From: an uncultured Bacilli bacterium
Lineage (GTDB): Bacteria > Bacillota_I > Bacilli_A > RF39 > UBA660
Direction: 5' to 3'
Assembly: GCA_947626035.1 (NCBI GenBank)
Contig: CANQQR010000001.1
Location: forward strand, 79,096-139,594
Length of the DNA: 60,499 bases
Part shown: one piece after another, positions 50,766-60,436 of the stretch
Layout: each line of letters begins with the position of its first letter
Numbering within the stretch: position 1 is the stretch's first letter
Notes under the pieces: generated by a model
The model's database searches: none
Seen by the model: only the letters and a program-made list of their open reading frames with translations
What the model was told of the DNA's origin: nothing
Made by a program: the position numbers and the translations under genes

Positions 50766-51734
50766 TTAGATAGATCTGATAGTGATTGGTAACTCTATAT
50801 CTGGTTCATTCTCTCTTTGATAGTAAAGAGTAAATGATCCACTTCTACCAGTCGTTATATCTAATGTCGCGGCGGCCGCGGTCTGATGTCGTATAACCGC
50901 CTTCTTTGTCTTAAGGACCCAGATACCGCCGCCCGCGTTCTTAATACTATATTCACACTTAGTATCAAACGCATGGACTTCCGCGGGCCCATCTATATAA
51001 ATACTATCTTCCGCAGGTGGCTCAGGTTTAGGCTGGGCATCTTGCTCCTTCTTAGCCTCTTCCGCGATTGTATTATTATACCATTCGCCCAAGCATATTT
51101 CAATAACACCATCGCCATGGTATGGATCTACAACCTTTACTTCCCACATCTTGCCATCTATCTTAACTTTAGTAAATCTATGAAAATAATCTAATGTTTC
51201 TTCATTCTTGGTAATATAAACAATCAAAGAATAGTTAATATCATTCCAGATATCACCTTTCTTTTGATTCCACTGAATAGTCGTTTCAACTGGTCCACGT
51301 ACATAGACTTTATACTTATTCTCACCTATCTCTATCTCAGCTTCGCATCTACGGATTTGCGCCCTAAAGTACGCATCTTCTTCAAGATATTGTAAGTATA
51401 TAATCCAATATGTTCCAGTCTCAACCCACTCAAATACATCTCCTGGCTTAATACCAGTTTCTTCGATACCATCAGTAGTCTTACCAAGTTTAGGTTTATT
51501 TAAACATACGTCTTTATATGGGATTGACAGTATTTTATTATCATAATCATTATTAATCTTATCAGGATTAATTAAGCATCGAAACTCTCTTCCATCTGCT
51601 AACCGCGCGGTCGCCGCCTGATAGGAGTAAAGAAGCGCTTTCTTTAAGGTATTGAGCTTGTCTTGCTGCATCCTCTGCTCCTGGTTTCCGCCTCTATAGG
51701 TTAATCTAGTTTTTAAATTCTCTATTCCTGTCAT
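50766..51734 (-). CDS. Putative head-closure protein
   Basis: KPGDVFEW...YWIIY; neck-region position. Confidence 0.5.
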   Translation of the reverse strand: MTGIENLKTRLTYRGGNQEQRMQQDKLNTLKKALLYSYQAATARLADGREFRCLINPDKINNDYDNKILSIPYKDVCLNKPKLGKTTDGIEETGIKPGDVFEWVETGTYWIIYLQYLEEDAYFRAQIRRCEAEIEIGENKYKVYVRGPVETTIQWNQKKGDIWNDINYSLIVYITKNEETLDYFHRFTKVKIDGKMWEVKVVDPYHGDGVIEICLGEWYNNTIAEEAKKEQDAQPKPEPPAEDSIYIDGPAEVHAFDTKCEYSIKNAGGGIWVLKTKKAVIRHQTAAAATLDITTGRSGSFTLYYQRENEPDIELPITIRSI

Positions 51735-52066
51735 GATACATCCTCCTTAGAAGATATAACATCATTCTTAATAGTATTAATTAAGCTTAAACACTCAAAG
51801 ATAGTCCTTCTAAACATAGGAAAATCTCTATTCTCTGTTAAAGTATTTAAACCCTCTAACTTACATAATAATGGAAATAAAGTTTCATGCTCTTTAACTA
51901 ATAGTAGGTGCATTCCCGCGAGTTCTTCTATAATGGTATTTAAAGGCTTTTGCCAATCTACGTTTTCTTCGCGGTTGGGCAAAAGTTTATAAATTTGGTT
52001 TGTTAGCCGTTTTAAGTTAACACAGATAGCTTCATTATCAATATTAACTCCATACTTTATCATCAT
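51731..52066 (-). CDS. Hypothetical neck-region protein
   Basis: Overlapping operon ORF. Confidence 0.55.
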   Translation of the reverse strand: MMIKYGVNIDNEAICVNLKRLTNQIYKLLPNREENVDWQKPLNTIIEELAGMHLLLVKEHETLFPLLCKLEGLNTLTENRDFPMFRRTIFECLSLINTIKNDVISSKEDVS

Positions 52067-52626
52067 AAAATCACCTCACTAGGAGGTTCTACTATCTTTC
52101 CCATTGTAGAGCGCATGATTCCATCTTTATCAAGTATTCTTCTCTTATATAGTCTTTGTAAATGAAACCCTTCTCGTTCATAATCTTTCTTAATAGTTAA
52201 TAACTTCTGCATATGGTTTGCTTGTGAAGTAAACTTAAAATCAGAACCGCTATATTTCATTCTAGTGTTTTCCACACTAGCTAATTGACGACCTATCCAT
52301 TCAACTACCATATACACGGCTAAGATATTAATTTCTTCTAAACCAAGAGCCACATTGAAGTGGCCCTCATTATAAATATGAGCAGTAGCATTTTGGTAAT
52401 CGCTCTCAACCCCACGATATTCTACAACGTCCTCATATTCATTAATATCATAATCAAAAGTATTAACTCTAGGAAATTCAAACTTTGGAATTGCAGCAAT
52501 CAAAAGGTCCTCAAGCATAGCAAATGTCTCTAACTCTGTAAATTCCATATACATATCATCTGTAACTTTAGTTGATAAAAAACAATCATAAATCTTTGAG
52601 AAAGGTGTATTTTGATTAGTTTCCAT
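52063..52626 (-). CDS. Putative head-tail adaptor
   Basis: EEINILAVYMVVEW...DFKFTSQAN; position. Confidence 0.55.
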   Translation of the reverse strand: METNQNTPFSKIYDCFLSTKVTDDMYMEFTELETFAMLEDLLIAAIPKFEFPRVNTFDYDINEYEDVVEYRGVESDYQNATAHIYNEGHFNVALGLEEINILAVYMVVEWIGRQLASVENTRMKYSGSDFKFTSQANHMQKLLTIKKDYEREGFHLQRLYKRRILDKDGIMRSTMGKIVEPPSEVIL

Positions 52627-52643
52627 TACACACCTCCAACAAA

Positions 52644-53213
52644 TTATTTTTGTAATACAGTATATTTAGGCGGAGTCGTTCTACGCGCGGGCGCCGCATT
52701 TTCTGCAGGAATCTGGACTCTTCTACCTTGGACCGGGGCCTCCGCGCCCTCTTCTTCACCATCATATTTCATATTTTTAATTTCAATAGCTTTTGTTACG
52801 TCAAAACTCATTTTGTCCTGAATAGCATTTCTTTTATCTACATCATTTACAGGCAGCTCGACCGCGAGCTTTTTAATCATTTCTAGTACGCCTTCTGGTG
52901 CAAAATCTAGACAGTCCAAAAACTCATTTAAAGATCCATGAAGTAATAGATTCTTTACATCTTCTTCAGAATAATAATATTCAGGCTCAACATGTAATCC
53001 CAATTCCTTAATCGCGGCTGCGCTTGCAATACTTAGGTAATCCTCCAAGATCGGCATACCGCCAGGAAGATAAGAGAGTGCTTGTAACTCACCATAAGGA
53101 ATTTCTTTAGTTTCTTTACTAGCAAACTGTCGCTGCACATTGAGTTCTGGAACAATATATCCGACTCTACAAGTGCTTCTATTAGTAACTTTAATTAATT
53201 CTTCTTTATTCAT
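52644..53213 (-). CDS. Conserved protein downstream of capsid gene
   Basis: Operon position and RBS. Confidence 0.55.
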   Translation of the reverse strand: MNKEELIKVTNRSTCRVGYIVPELNVQRQFASKETKEIPYGELQALSYLPGGMPILEDYLSIASAAAIKELGLHVEPEYYYSEEDVKNLLLHGSLNEFLDCLDFAPEGVLEMIKKLAVELPVNDVDKRNAIQDKMSFDVTKAIEIKNMKYDGEEEGAEAPVQGRRVQIPAENAAPARRTTPPKYTVLQK

Positions 53214-53240
53214 AATAACTCCTTTTATCTCCTAAAAATT

Positions 53241-53292
53241 AAAGGGAGAATAATTAATAAGTAACAAAATCTATTTAATTATTCTCCCTATA
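53241..53292 (-). terminator. Hairpin after major capsid gene
   Basis: AGGGAGAATAATTAA/TTAATTATTCTCCCT inverted repeat. Confidence 0.6.
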
Positions 53293-53299
53293 AAATCAA

Positions 53300-54337
53300 T
53301 TATTTATCTTTCTGTTGTAGGGCAGTATTAGTATAAGCGCAAATACCTGGATTTACTAAATAAGTAGCAACACCAAGTTTCTGATAAGTCTGAATTTCTT
53401 CTGACCAATCCCTATTCTCAAAGGACTTAACTTGAGTTGTGCCCTCAAAAGCAACCTTAACTGGTTTTTCAGCTCCAGTCGGAATAATGTAAGCAATACT
53501 TGGATCAATAACTTTCTTGCTATTGGTTGTATCCTCGTAGGACTGCGGCAGAATAATTACTCTATGGCCTTTATAGGTTGTAAAATAGCCATTGTTCCAA
53601 ATCTCATTCTTCATCTCATTGGAAGCCCAATCCTTCTGAGGAATCATTGTAGATGCAAATTCATAAGTACAATAAATAGTAGCCTTACCATAAGAATCAG
53701 CAATAGCTAACATCTTATCCATTTCATTCTCATTGAAAGAACCTTGTATTGTATGATTGTTAGTGCCTAACTGAGCAACCATAGCCTTAAGAGCTTTTGC
53801 AATCTCACGATAAACAGCTTCATCCATACCTTCAAGCACTAGGTTGTAGTAGTCAGCCATGGTGAATCTTTGATCCAGCATCTCTTCCCACTCAACTCTA
53901 GCAGCTCCGCCATATGCACTGGTCGGTACTTCGAGTGAATAACCATCCAGCTTAAAGGTTTCATATCTACCAGCAAGACCCACCTTGGTCACAAACTGCT
54001 TAGCTCTCTTCTTAGAAGCTTCGCTAATACGTACCTTAAATACAGGCTTAGTTCCTTGCGCATAGGTCTGCACGTCTGCGAACTGACCATAACTTTGCAT
54101 AACTTTAACTGGAACGACCTCGGTTAAAGCAACCTCTAGCAGAGTAAAAATTAATTCCTTATTCTGACGGAATAATTGAGTTGTCTTACCTAACTCATTC
54201 AATTCATTCATAAAAGTCTTATTTAAAGCTTCAGCAGAAAAATTCTCATTCTGGAAAGAAAAAGTAGCAGAAGGATTTAAAGAAGCTTTAGCACTGACTC
54301 TTGCTAATTCAATTAAATTATTTCTATCTAATGCCAT
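53300..54337 (-). CDS. Major capsid protein (HK97-like)
   Basis: 345 aa, after scaffold and decoration genes, followed by a hairpin. Confidence 0.75.
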   Translation of the reverse strand: MALDRNNLIELARVSAKASLNPSATFSFQNENFSAEALNKTFMNELNELGKTTQLFRQNKELIFTLLEVALTEVVPVKVMQSYGQFADVQTYAQGTKPVFKVRISEASKKRAKQFVTKVGLAGRYETFKLDGYSLEVPTSAYGGAARVEWEEMLDQRFTMADYYNLVLEGMDEAVYREIAKALKAMVAQLGTNNHTIQGSFNENEMDKMLAIADSYGKATIYCTYEFASTMIPQKDWASNEMKNEIWNNGYFTTYKGHRVIILPQSYEDTTNSKKVIDPSIAYIIPTGAEKPVKVAFEGTTQVKSFENRDWSEEIQTYQKLGVATYLVNPGICAYTNTALQQKDK

Positions 54338-54350
54338 CTCTGTATCCTCC

Positions 54351-54926
54351 TTATTTTATTCTCATTAACTTAACACCAGGCTGGCCATCTGGCATTGTGT
54401 ATTCTTTAACAACTTGAAATTCTGGACCATTAGTATCAGCTTCAGCACCTGTTGGTTTTGCACTGCCGCTATTAGTGCATAGATAACCGCTCTTCTTATC
54501 TACATAAACCTTATCACCAACAGATAGTTCAATACCACCATAGCCACCAATCTTCTCGTCATATGGACCAAAAGCATTGGTAGTAAAAATATCCCCAACT
54601 AGAATAGAAATTAAACGAGGAACCATTTCTCCGTCGGTATAGTCACCAGAAACCATTGCGAAATCCTTATTACTCTGCTTCCGCTCATCATAAAGCTTCT
54701 GCTCATTATAAATCATCATCCACTCTCCGCCGTCAGTATGGTCTTCTCCACCAAGATCAACCTTACCAACAGCATAGTGATATTTAGCAAAACGGCCATT
54801 CTCAATAGTCTTACCCATAGCTTCTGTATCAACAGGTAACTGAGCTAAAATCTGCCCAGTAACAATACCAGATAGATGATTAGGTTCTACCTGAGCATAG
54901 CCTTTTCTACTTACAGTTAAAGCCAT
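54351..54926 (-). CDS. Capsid decoration/minor head protein
   Basis: GYAQVEPNHLS...YTMPDGQPGVK; lies between scaffold and MCP. Confidence 0.6.
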   Translation of the reverse strand: MALTVSRKGYAQVEPNHLSGIVTGQILAQLPVDTEAMGKTIENGRFAKYHYAVGKVDLGGEDHTDGGEWMMIYNEQKLYDERKQSNKDFAMVSGDYTDGEMVPRLISILVGDIFTTNAFGPYDEKIGGYGGIELSVGDKVYVDKKSGYLCTNSGSAKPTGAEADTNGPEFQVVKEYTMPDGQPGVKLMRIK

Positions 54927-54953
54927 TTCTTAATCCTCCTATTTATATATAAT

Positions 54954-56303
54954 TTACATTGTTTTTTCAACAGCACGGACAGCTTTGATCCAATCAGGAA
55001 CGCTGCCTGCTTCGCTTTCAGACATTTGATAAGTAACAGTACCAGTATTATTGTTGATCTGCTCTTGACTCTTATCTTGCGCTGACGCTAGCTGTTTCTT
55101 AGTATAGATGACAGAAAGTTTAGCTTCAATATCATCGACGGAATACTCATCTTTGTGATCGATAACATCTTTTTTATCTTCATCAGATAACATATAGAAC
55201 TTATTAATCATTTCATCTTTTTGAGTAGATTCGATAGATTGCTTAAACTTTAACAGCTCTTGATAAGTTGACTCCATATCACTATATTTTTGTTGTAACT
55301 CATTATACTTTTGTTCCAATGTAGTATACTTATCATCATTCTGCGGCTCGCAAGTATTCTTTGTTGCCGGCTGTTTCTTCTTCTCTTCGTCATCATCAGT
55401 AGTATCATTATTATCATCCGCGGTCTTGTTCTCTTCATCATCATCATTTTTCTTAACAAAAGAAGATGCTTCTCCCGCTTCTGTAGAATTTTGAATTTCT
55501 GCGGTATCATTTTGTTCAACTTTGCCCTCTTCAGCAGAAAAATTTTCTGCTACTTGCTCAGTTGACTCCTCTACCGTAAAATCTTTATTTCCCATTGAGG
55601 TTCCTCCTTTTAACACGGCTTGTAAATCTTGCATCATAGAGTACAAAGTACGTGTAAAATCTTTATTATTCTTTGTAAAGTTTTTACTTATCTCAGGGGC
55701 CTTAATATTTGACTCCTCAAAACAAGGTTCAATATCTTCTCCTAAAATACATAACTTTGAAAATATTGCGTCATTTATAATAAAAAATTCAATATTCTTA
55801 TTATAATCTTCTGCCCAATGACCTTCTAAAGAGTCATGATCTAACTCCATTGAATGCGGGCGCCCGTCATCTTCAAAGACAGCTTTACATTCTTTATATT
55901 GGCCTGTCCATAAATAACCAGTAGTCATTAAATATTCACGCTCAATGACATTCCCGAACTCATCACTCTCATTAAACTTTTGAAACCATACTTTTGCATC
56001 AGGAGCAACGAAACCATATGGTTTAGTTAAACAATTAAAATGAATACCATCTGCATCCATGGTAATTTGCTCACCGTGGTCCCTAAAATCTTCTTTATCC
56101 TCGTTATAGTATCCTACAATCGGGGCCCCGCGCAAACTTTTAGCCATATTCATGGCCGCATCTTTATCAATATATGTTCTATTCCGATTTTGACCTAGAT
56201 ATAAAACTTTAATTTCACAAGCTGACATTAAAGGATTTATATCAACAGGCTGTAAGTTGATAAATTCTGGATTGCCTATTGAGGAAACTGCGACTTGAGC
56301 CAT
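54954..56303 (-). CDS. Prohead protease/scaffold
   Basis: GYLWTG, HSMEL, LCILG...EPCFE N-domain; acidic coiled-coil C-terminus. Confidence 0.7.
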   Translation of the reverse strand: MAQVAVSSIGNPEFINLQPVDINPLMSACEIKVLYLGQNRNRTYIDKDAAMNMAKSLRGAPIVGYYNEDKEDFRDHGEQITMDADGIHFNCLTKPYGFVAPDAKVWFQKFNESDEFGNVIEREYLMTTGYLWTGQYKECKAVFEDDGRPHSMELDHDSLEGHWAEDYNKNIEFFIINDAIFSKLCILGEDIEPCFEESNIKAPEISKNFTKNNKDFTRTLYSMMQDLQAVLKGGTSMGNKDFTVEESTEQVAENFSAEEGKVEQNDTAEIQNSTEAGEASSFVKKNDDDEENKTADDNNDTTDDDEEKKKQPATKNTCEPQNDDKYTTLEQKYNELQQKYSDMESTYQELLKFKQSIESTQKDEMINKFYMLSDEDKKDVIDHKDEYSVDDIEAKLSVIYTKKQLASAQDKSQEQINNNTGTVTYQMSESEAGSVPDWIKAVRAVEKTM

Positions 56304-56314
56304 AGTTTGCCTCC

Positions 56315-57895
56315 TTAATTCATAGATTCTCTATTTCGAATGGTCTTCTCTGATTTCTCATCATCAGGTTTTTCGTTTCTACCTACTTCACCATTCCCCT
56401 CACTACTGCTACTACTATTGTTCTTACTTCTATTAAGAGACTCCGCGTTCATAGTACTAGACATAAGCGGAGGAATAAATACATTAACTAAATCAAGTAT
56501 ATCATTCTCAAAATAAGCATTAGCAAGTATTGAGCTTTGACTTTGACCAAGAGCAATCTGTGGTAACATCTTAGAATAACCTAATTGTGTTTGCTCTTTA
56601 TATAATTTTGCTAAATCTTTATAATTATAAATTGTCGTTGGTAATATTTCTACATTATAATATACTTTTTTTGGATTTTTATTGAAAGGTTTAATTAAAT
56701 CATTTAAAAAGATTTCAAACTGAGCTATTAGATTATATAAAGAAGCTTCGTCATTTAAGATAGATTTCTCAAGAGCAATATTACCATCAGTATTAAACTG
56801 CATTTGAGAAACACCCGCTTCGTTGTAAATCGCGCGCTCAACTTTTTCTAACTCGTCCCGCGCAGTTGTATTACTATTATCTGAAGTATCTGCAACATCG
56901 ACATCCGCAAAAGTAGTCAAAACTTCAATACCTAAGGCATTACCTATCATGCGGACCGCGTTATTGTGTAATTGTTGAGCCTCGTCAATGTCAAATATTA
57001 AATCACCATTCTTATCAATTGGCATCTTTTGAATTATAATCTTTAAAAGTTGTTGCTGCATCCTTTTCTTATCTAGATCTTTAGCATCATCTAAATCTAT
57101 AATTGCAGGAATAACAGCAATAAAGGCAGGAAAATCTTCTCCATTGATATTAAATTTAATAACACTTCCTACTTCTAAACAATACCAGCCAGCTGTATCT
57201 CCAGGAAAATCTGGCGGGATTTTACCAGCTTTGAACAAATCATAGCCACGCTTAAATTCTTTTGGAAATAAATCTAACATTCGCATCTTCTGCGCGGTAT
57301 TGATAAATTTATCATCAAAATATCTCATGTTAAACTCAACAACAGGTCGATTGTCAACATAAAATCGCGTTCTACAATACTCTGGTGGAAGTTCTTGAAT
57401 ATAAACAGAATTGCCTTTACGAATTAGGTAGCCATAGTAACAACCATTTCTAATAACTTTTAAAGCTACTTCTCCAAATACTTTTTTGACCTGGAACTCA
57501 TCCAAAAAATATAAGACCTTATTAAAATCATCTATTACTTTATCAACCTTTAAGGTTGCACTATTTCTATTTATATGCGGAGTCACTATCCAATCATATC
57601 TATATAAATAAGCCATATATCTACATAATCTTGAATAGATACCGCTTGTCTTATAGAAGAAATTAGAAATCTCTCTCATTGTATTATAATCGCAATTATT
57701 TATCGCTCGCAATACATATTCTTTATCTCCTAGCTGAGGATTAATTCTTCGGTAAGAACCAATAGCAGTATAAATAGGGTCATCTAAGATCTTTGTTCCA
57801 ATCTTCAGTTTAGAAAAATCTATAGGCACATATTTATCATCAATAGGAGTCATGTTAAAACCCTTCTGTTTAATAGCTTGTTTCCTATTAATCAT
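56315..57895 (-). CDS. Portal protein
   Basis: 526 aa between terminase and scaffold; G-R-x-E-K-P-D acidic tail. Confidence 0.75.
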   Translation of the reverse strand: MINRKQAIKQKGFNMTPIDDKYVPIDFSKLKIGTKILDDPIYTAIGSYRRINPQLGDKEYVLRAINNCDYNTMREISNFFYKTSGIYSRLCRYMAYLYRYDWIVTPHINRNSATLKVDKVIDDFNKVLYFLDEFQVKKVFGEVALKVIRNGCYYGYLIRKGNSVYIQELPPEYCRTRFYVDNRPVVEFNMRYFDDKFINTAQKMRMLDLFPKEFKRGYDLFKAGKIPPDFPGDTAGWYCLEVGSVIKFNINGEDFPAFIAVIPAIIDLDDAKDLDKKRMQQQLLKIIIQKMPIDKNGDLIFDIDEAQQLHNNAVRMIGNALGIEVLTTFADVDVADTSDNSNTTARDELEKVERAIYNEAGVSQMQFNTDGNIALEKSILNDEASLYNLIAQFEIFLNDLIKPFNKNPKKVYYNVEILPTTIYNYKDLAKLYKEQTQLGYSKMLPQIALGQSQSSILANAYFENDILDLVNVFIPPLMSSTMNAESLNRSKNNSSSSSEGNGEVGRNEKPDDEKSEKTIRNRESMN

Positions 57896-57922
57896 ATCTA
57901 CACCTCATCTTTCTATAACTAT

Positions 57923-57951
57923 AGTATATCAAAAATTTTTAATCTTGTCAA
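57923..57951 (-). promoter_or_regulatory. Sigma-A/70 promoter for portal operon
   Basis: TTGACA-N17-TATACT with TG. Confidence 0.75.
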
Positions 57952-57996
57952 ATTTTGCTATGCTTGCATAAAGCGCGGAAGCTGGGTATGTGACGC

Positions 57997-58363
57997 CTAA
58001 TACCCAGCCGCCCGCATTATATAATCATAGTCTACTCGACCCTCATCCCAATATGGTATAGCAATCAGAGTAATACCATGCTTTTCACAGTACTCTCTCT
58101 TTTGCATATCATTGAATTGTTGTTTTCTCAGGCCAGAGAGTCCGCCGAACTTGCTCTTTGCTTGATAATGTTCTTCGGTGCTGGATCCCTTGAAATTCAA
58201 TCAAGAAATCCAGTTCATCATTATCATCGAATACGGCGAAGTCAAATCTCAACGGTCTCCCATTGGTGCTCACAAGGTCTGAAAAACTATATTCCTCTTG
58301 AAATTTTAATCCCGCGTCTCGCAGAATTTCTTCAATTTTAATCTCGCCTCTACTCGCTCGCAT
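57997..58363 (-). pseudogene. Vsr/DUF559-like endonuclease frameshifted by a 10-bp insertion
   Basis: MRASRGE...LRFDF...IEFQGIQH in one frame and HYQAKSKFGG...IPYWDE in another. Deleting 58171-58180 restores one ORF. Confidence 0.7.
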
Positions 58364-59150
58364 TCTTACTCCCCTCCTCTCCAACCTCAACATAATATTC
58401 CCAGTAAAGAGGAATGTTAGTTTCAGGATGCTTACCGGATTGATGCGTTTTACTTCTTAAAGCTATGCTTAGCGTATTAGATTTTACACCTGCATATTCT
58501 GCGGCTGCTTTTACGCTATCGAAAACTTCCCCAGTTTCTATACATCTAACGGCTTTGCATATTTTTTTTCTATATTCTGGATTTTGCCAATCCCTTTTTC
58601 TCAATTCAGATTGAATTGTTGCAATTTTTTCTCTATATCCTTCCTGCTTCCAAGCGTTTTTACTGCGTTCAGAAGTAGCCTTTTTTCTTTCTTCTGTCCA
58701 AGCTTCTTGTTGTTTTGTCTTATAAGAACTATTTTTCCAAACTTCTTTCATTCTTTCAGATTGTTCTTTATGATAATCTTCTGTATTTCTTTGCTCAGTT
58801 AATTTAATTATTATTTTTTTTCTAGTTTCTGGATTTGCCCATAAATCTGCAAAATGATAATTTGAATAATTTTTCTTATATGTATTATAACCTTTCTCTG
58901 GTAAATATGATTGATAAAACTCAATCATTTCTTCTTCTTTTAAATCAGCCTCTTCAGAAGAAAGAGATTTATAAAGAATTATATGTTCAAAAGAGTCCCA
59001 ACCATATTTCTCAATATCTTTATAAAAATTTTCTTGAGTCTTATAGCCAAAACCATTTTTCCATCTATCTTCTGGCTTTTGACATGTTTGACCGATGTAA
59101 ACCTTGTTATTTATTTTATTTTTGTGCATATAAATACAATAATTATTCAT
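58350..59150 (-). CDS. Free-standing GIY-YIG homing endonuclease with NUMOD-type C-terminus
   Basis: CIYMHKNKINNKVYIGQT, GYN, VRCIETGEVFDSVKAAA. Confidence 0.85.
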   Translation of the reverse strand: MNNYCIYMHKNKINNKVYIGQTCQKPEDRWKNGFGYKTQENFYKDIEKYGWDSFEHIILYKSLSSEEADLKEEEMIEFYQSYLPEKGYNTYKKNYSNYHFADLWANPETRKKIIIKLTEQRNTEDYHKEQSERMKEVWKNSSYKTKQQEAWTEERKKATSERSKNAWKQEGYREKIATIQSELRKRDWQNPEYRKKICKAVRCIETGEVFDSVKAAAEYAGVKSNTLSIALRSKTHQSGKHPETNIPLYWEYYVEVGEEGSKNASE

Positions 59151-59281
59151 TTTAATATTCTCCTTTATTAAAATTTAAAATAAAGCTTGCCTTATGGAGA
59201 ATAAAGCATTACTCAATAGGTAGCTAATCTATTGCTCCCTCTATTTCTATTGTAATATCAAAAATAAATTTTATCATTTAA

Positions 59282-60436
59282 TCAACCATGACCAAAGAAC
59301 ATAAAATCAGAAATATTTCTTTTTTTACGTTTATTCTTTGAATCTTCATCTTTCTTTACATAATATAAGCCATAAGTTAGCGCAGAAAACTTATCTTTCT
59401 TAATGCCTCGAGACGACTGCTTTAAGATAATATTCACTCCCTCATTCTCTTCAACAAGGTTTAATAATTGCTCTCTTAAAATCGTCGTTAATGTAAATGG
59501 CTTCAGATACTCAGCTCTCTTATCTGCGTCCATAGCTTGACCCATCTTAGTGGTCATTAATTTAGATTTAGCAGTATTTTCATCAATTAAGAATTTAATT
59601 TTACCGCTAGCCATCTGTGTTTGTACATAGGTATACGCTTCCGTATTAATTGGCGCATTTGCTTTAATTAAATACATCGCATTCTCTTCTACGCCGGCGC
59701 CTCTTATCTTTTTATACGGCTCTGTAACATCCTCAGAGGTTCCGCCTTCAACACCAAATGGCGGCAGCTCATCACCTGTTTCAGGATCTATCTGAGCCTT
59801 CGTCATAAAGTCTATCAAACCGGCACCAAGACCATTGGCATCAATAGAACAGATTCTAGCTTTATATTTATAATAAAGTTTCTTAATATTAATAGCTTGT
59901 ATTTCAAAGTCTTCCGCTTCATAGGTATATAGATTAACTATAGATTTTAAACTAGCCCCTTGCGGTTGTGGGGTTACTTTAATAATTGTTGCTTCAGTTG
60001 TGCATTTAAATCGACCAACGTCGATCCCTATAACATAATATCCAGCTTTTGATGTTCTTCCACTATATTCGTACTCAGGTTGTAACAACACCCTGTGCTT
60101 ATCAAATTTTTCTGAATCAAAGAACGCATTTTCCGCGTCTCCGCTCCACTCAGACTCGTACTCTCGTGCAAAGGACGCGTCATTATAGGTTCCATCTAGC
60201 TTCAATTCTTCTATAAAGCTACGTTGTAATAATTTTTCCATCACTGGGACTCGCCAGGTTCCGCCCAATACGATGGCTTCATCTGGCTCTATGATCTGCT
60301 GAATCAAGGTCTGTATGAGCTTTTCGTAAGCGAACGTGCTCTTCCAACCTGCGGTTGTGACAAATATTTGGCTCTTATTAACAAGCTCTTCTTCATGACG
60401 AGACCCGTCTGGAAGACGCCTATTAACATTCATTGT
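59282..60436 (-). CDS. terL: Terminase large subunit, 3' exon
   Basis: VTTAG coupling motif, FAREYESEW, IGIDVGR nuclease Asp, IDANGLG, KDKFSA. Confidence 0.88.
   Translation of the reverse strand, partial: TMNVNRRLPDGSRHEEELVNKSQIFVTTAGWKSTFAYEKLIQTLIQQIIEPDEAIVLGGTWRVPVMEKLLQRSFIEELKLDGTYNDASFAREYESEWSGDAENAFFDSEKFDKHRVLLQPEYEYSGRTSKAGYYVIGIDVGRFKCTTEATIIKVTPQPQGASLKSIVNLYTYEAEDFEIQAINIKKLYYKYKARICSIDANGLGAGLIDFMTKAQIDPETGDELPPFGVEGGTSEDVTEPYKKIRGAGVEENAMYLIKANAPINTEAYTYVQTQMASGKIKFLIDENTAKSKLMTTKMGQAMDADKRAEYLKPFTLTTILREQLLNLVEENEGVNIILKQSSRGIKKDKFSALTYGLYYVKKDEDSKNKRKKRNISDFMFFGHG

Noticed and set aside
22739-59171. Numerous 60-165 aa ORFs antisense to or nested in the virion genes
   Set aside because: Shadow ORFs of long genes, without RBS or protein-like motifs.
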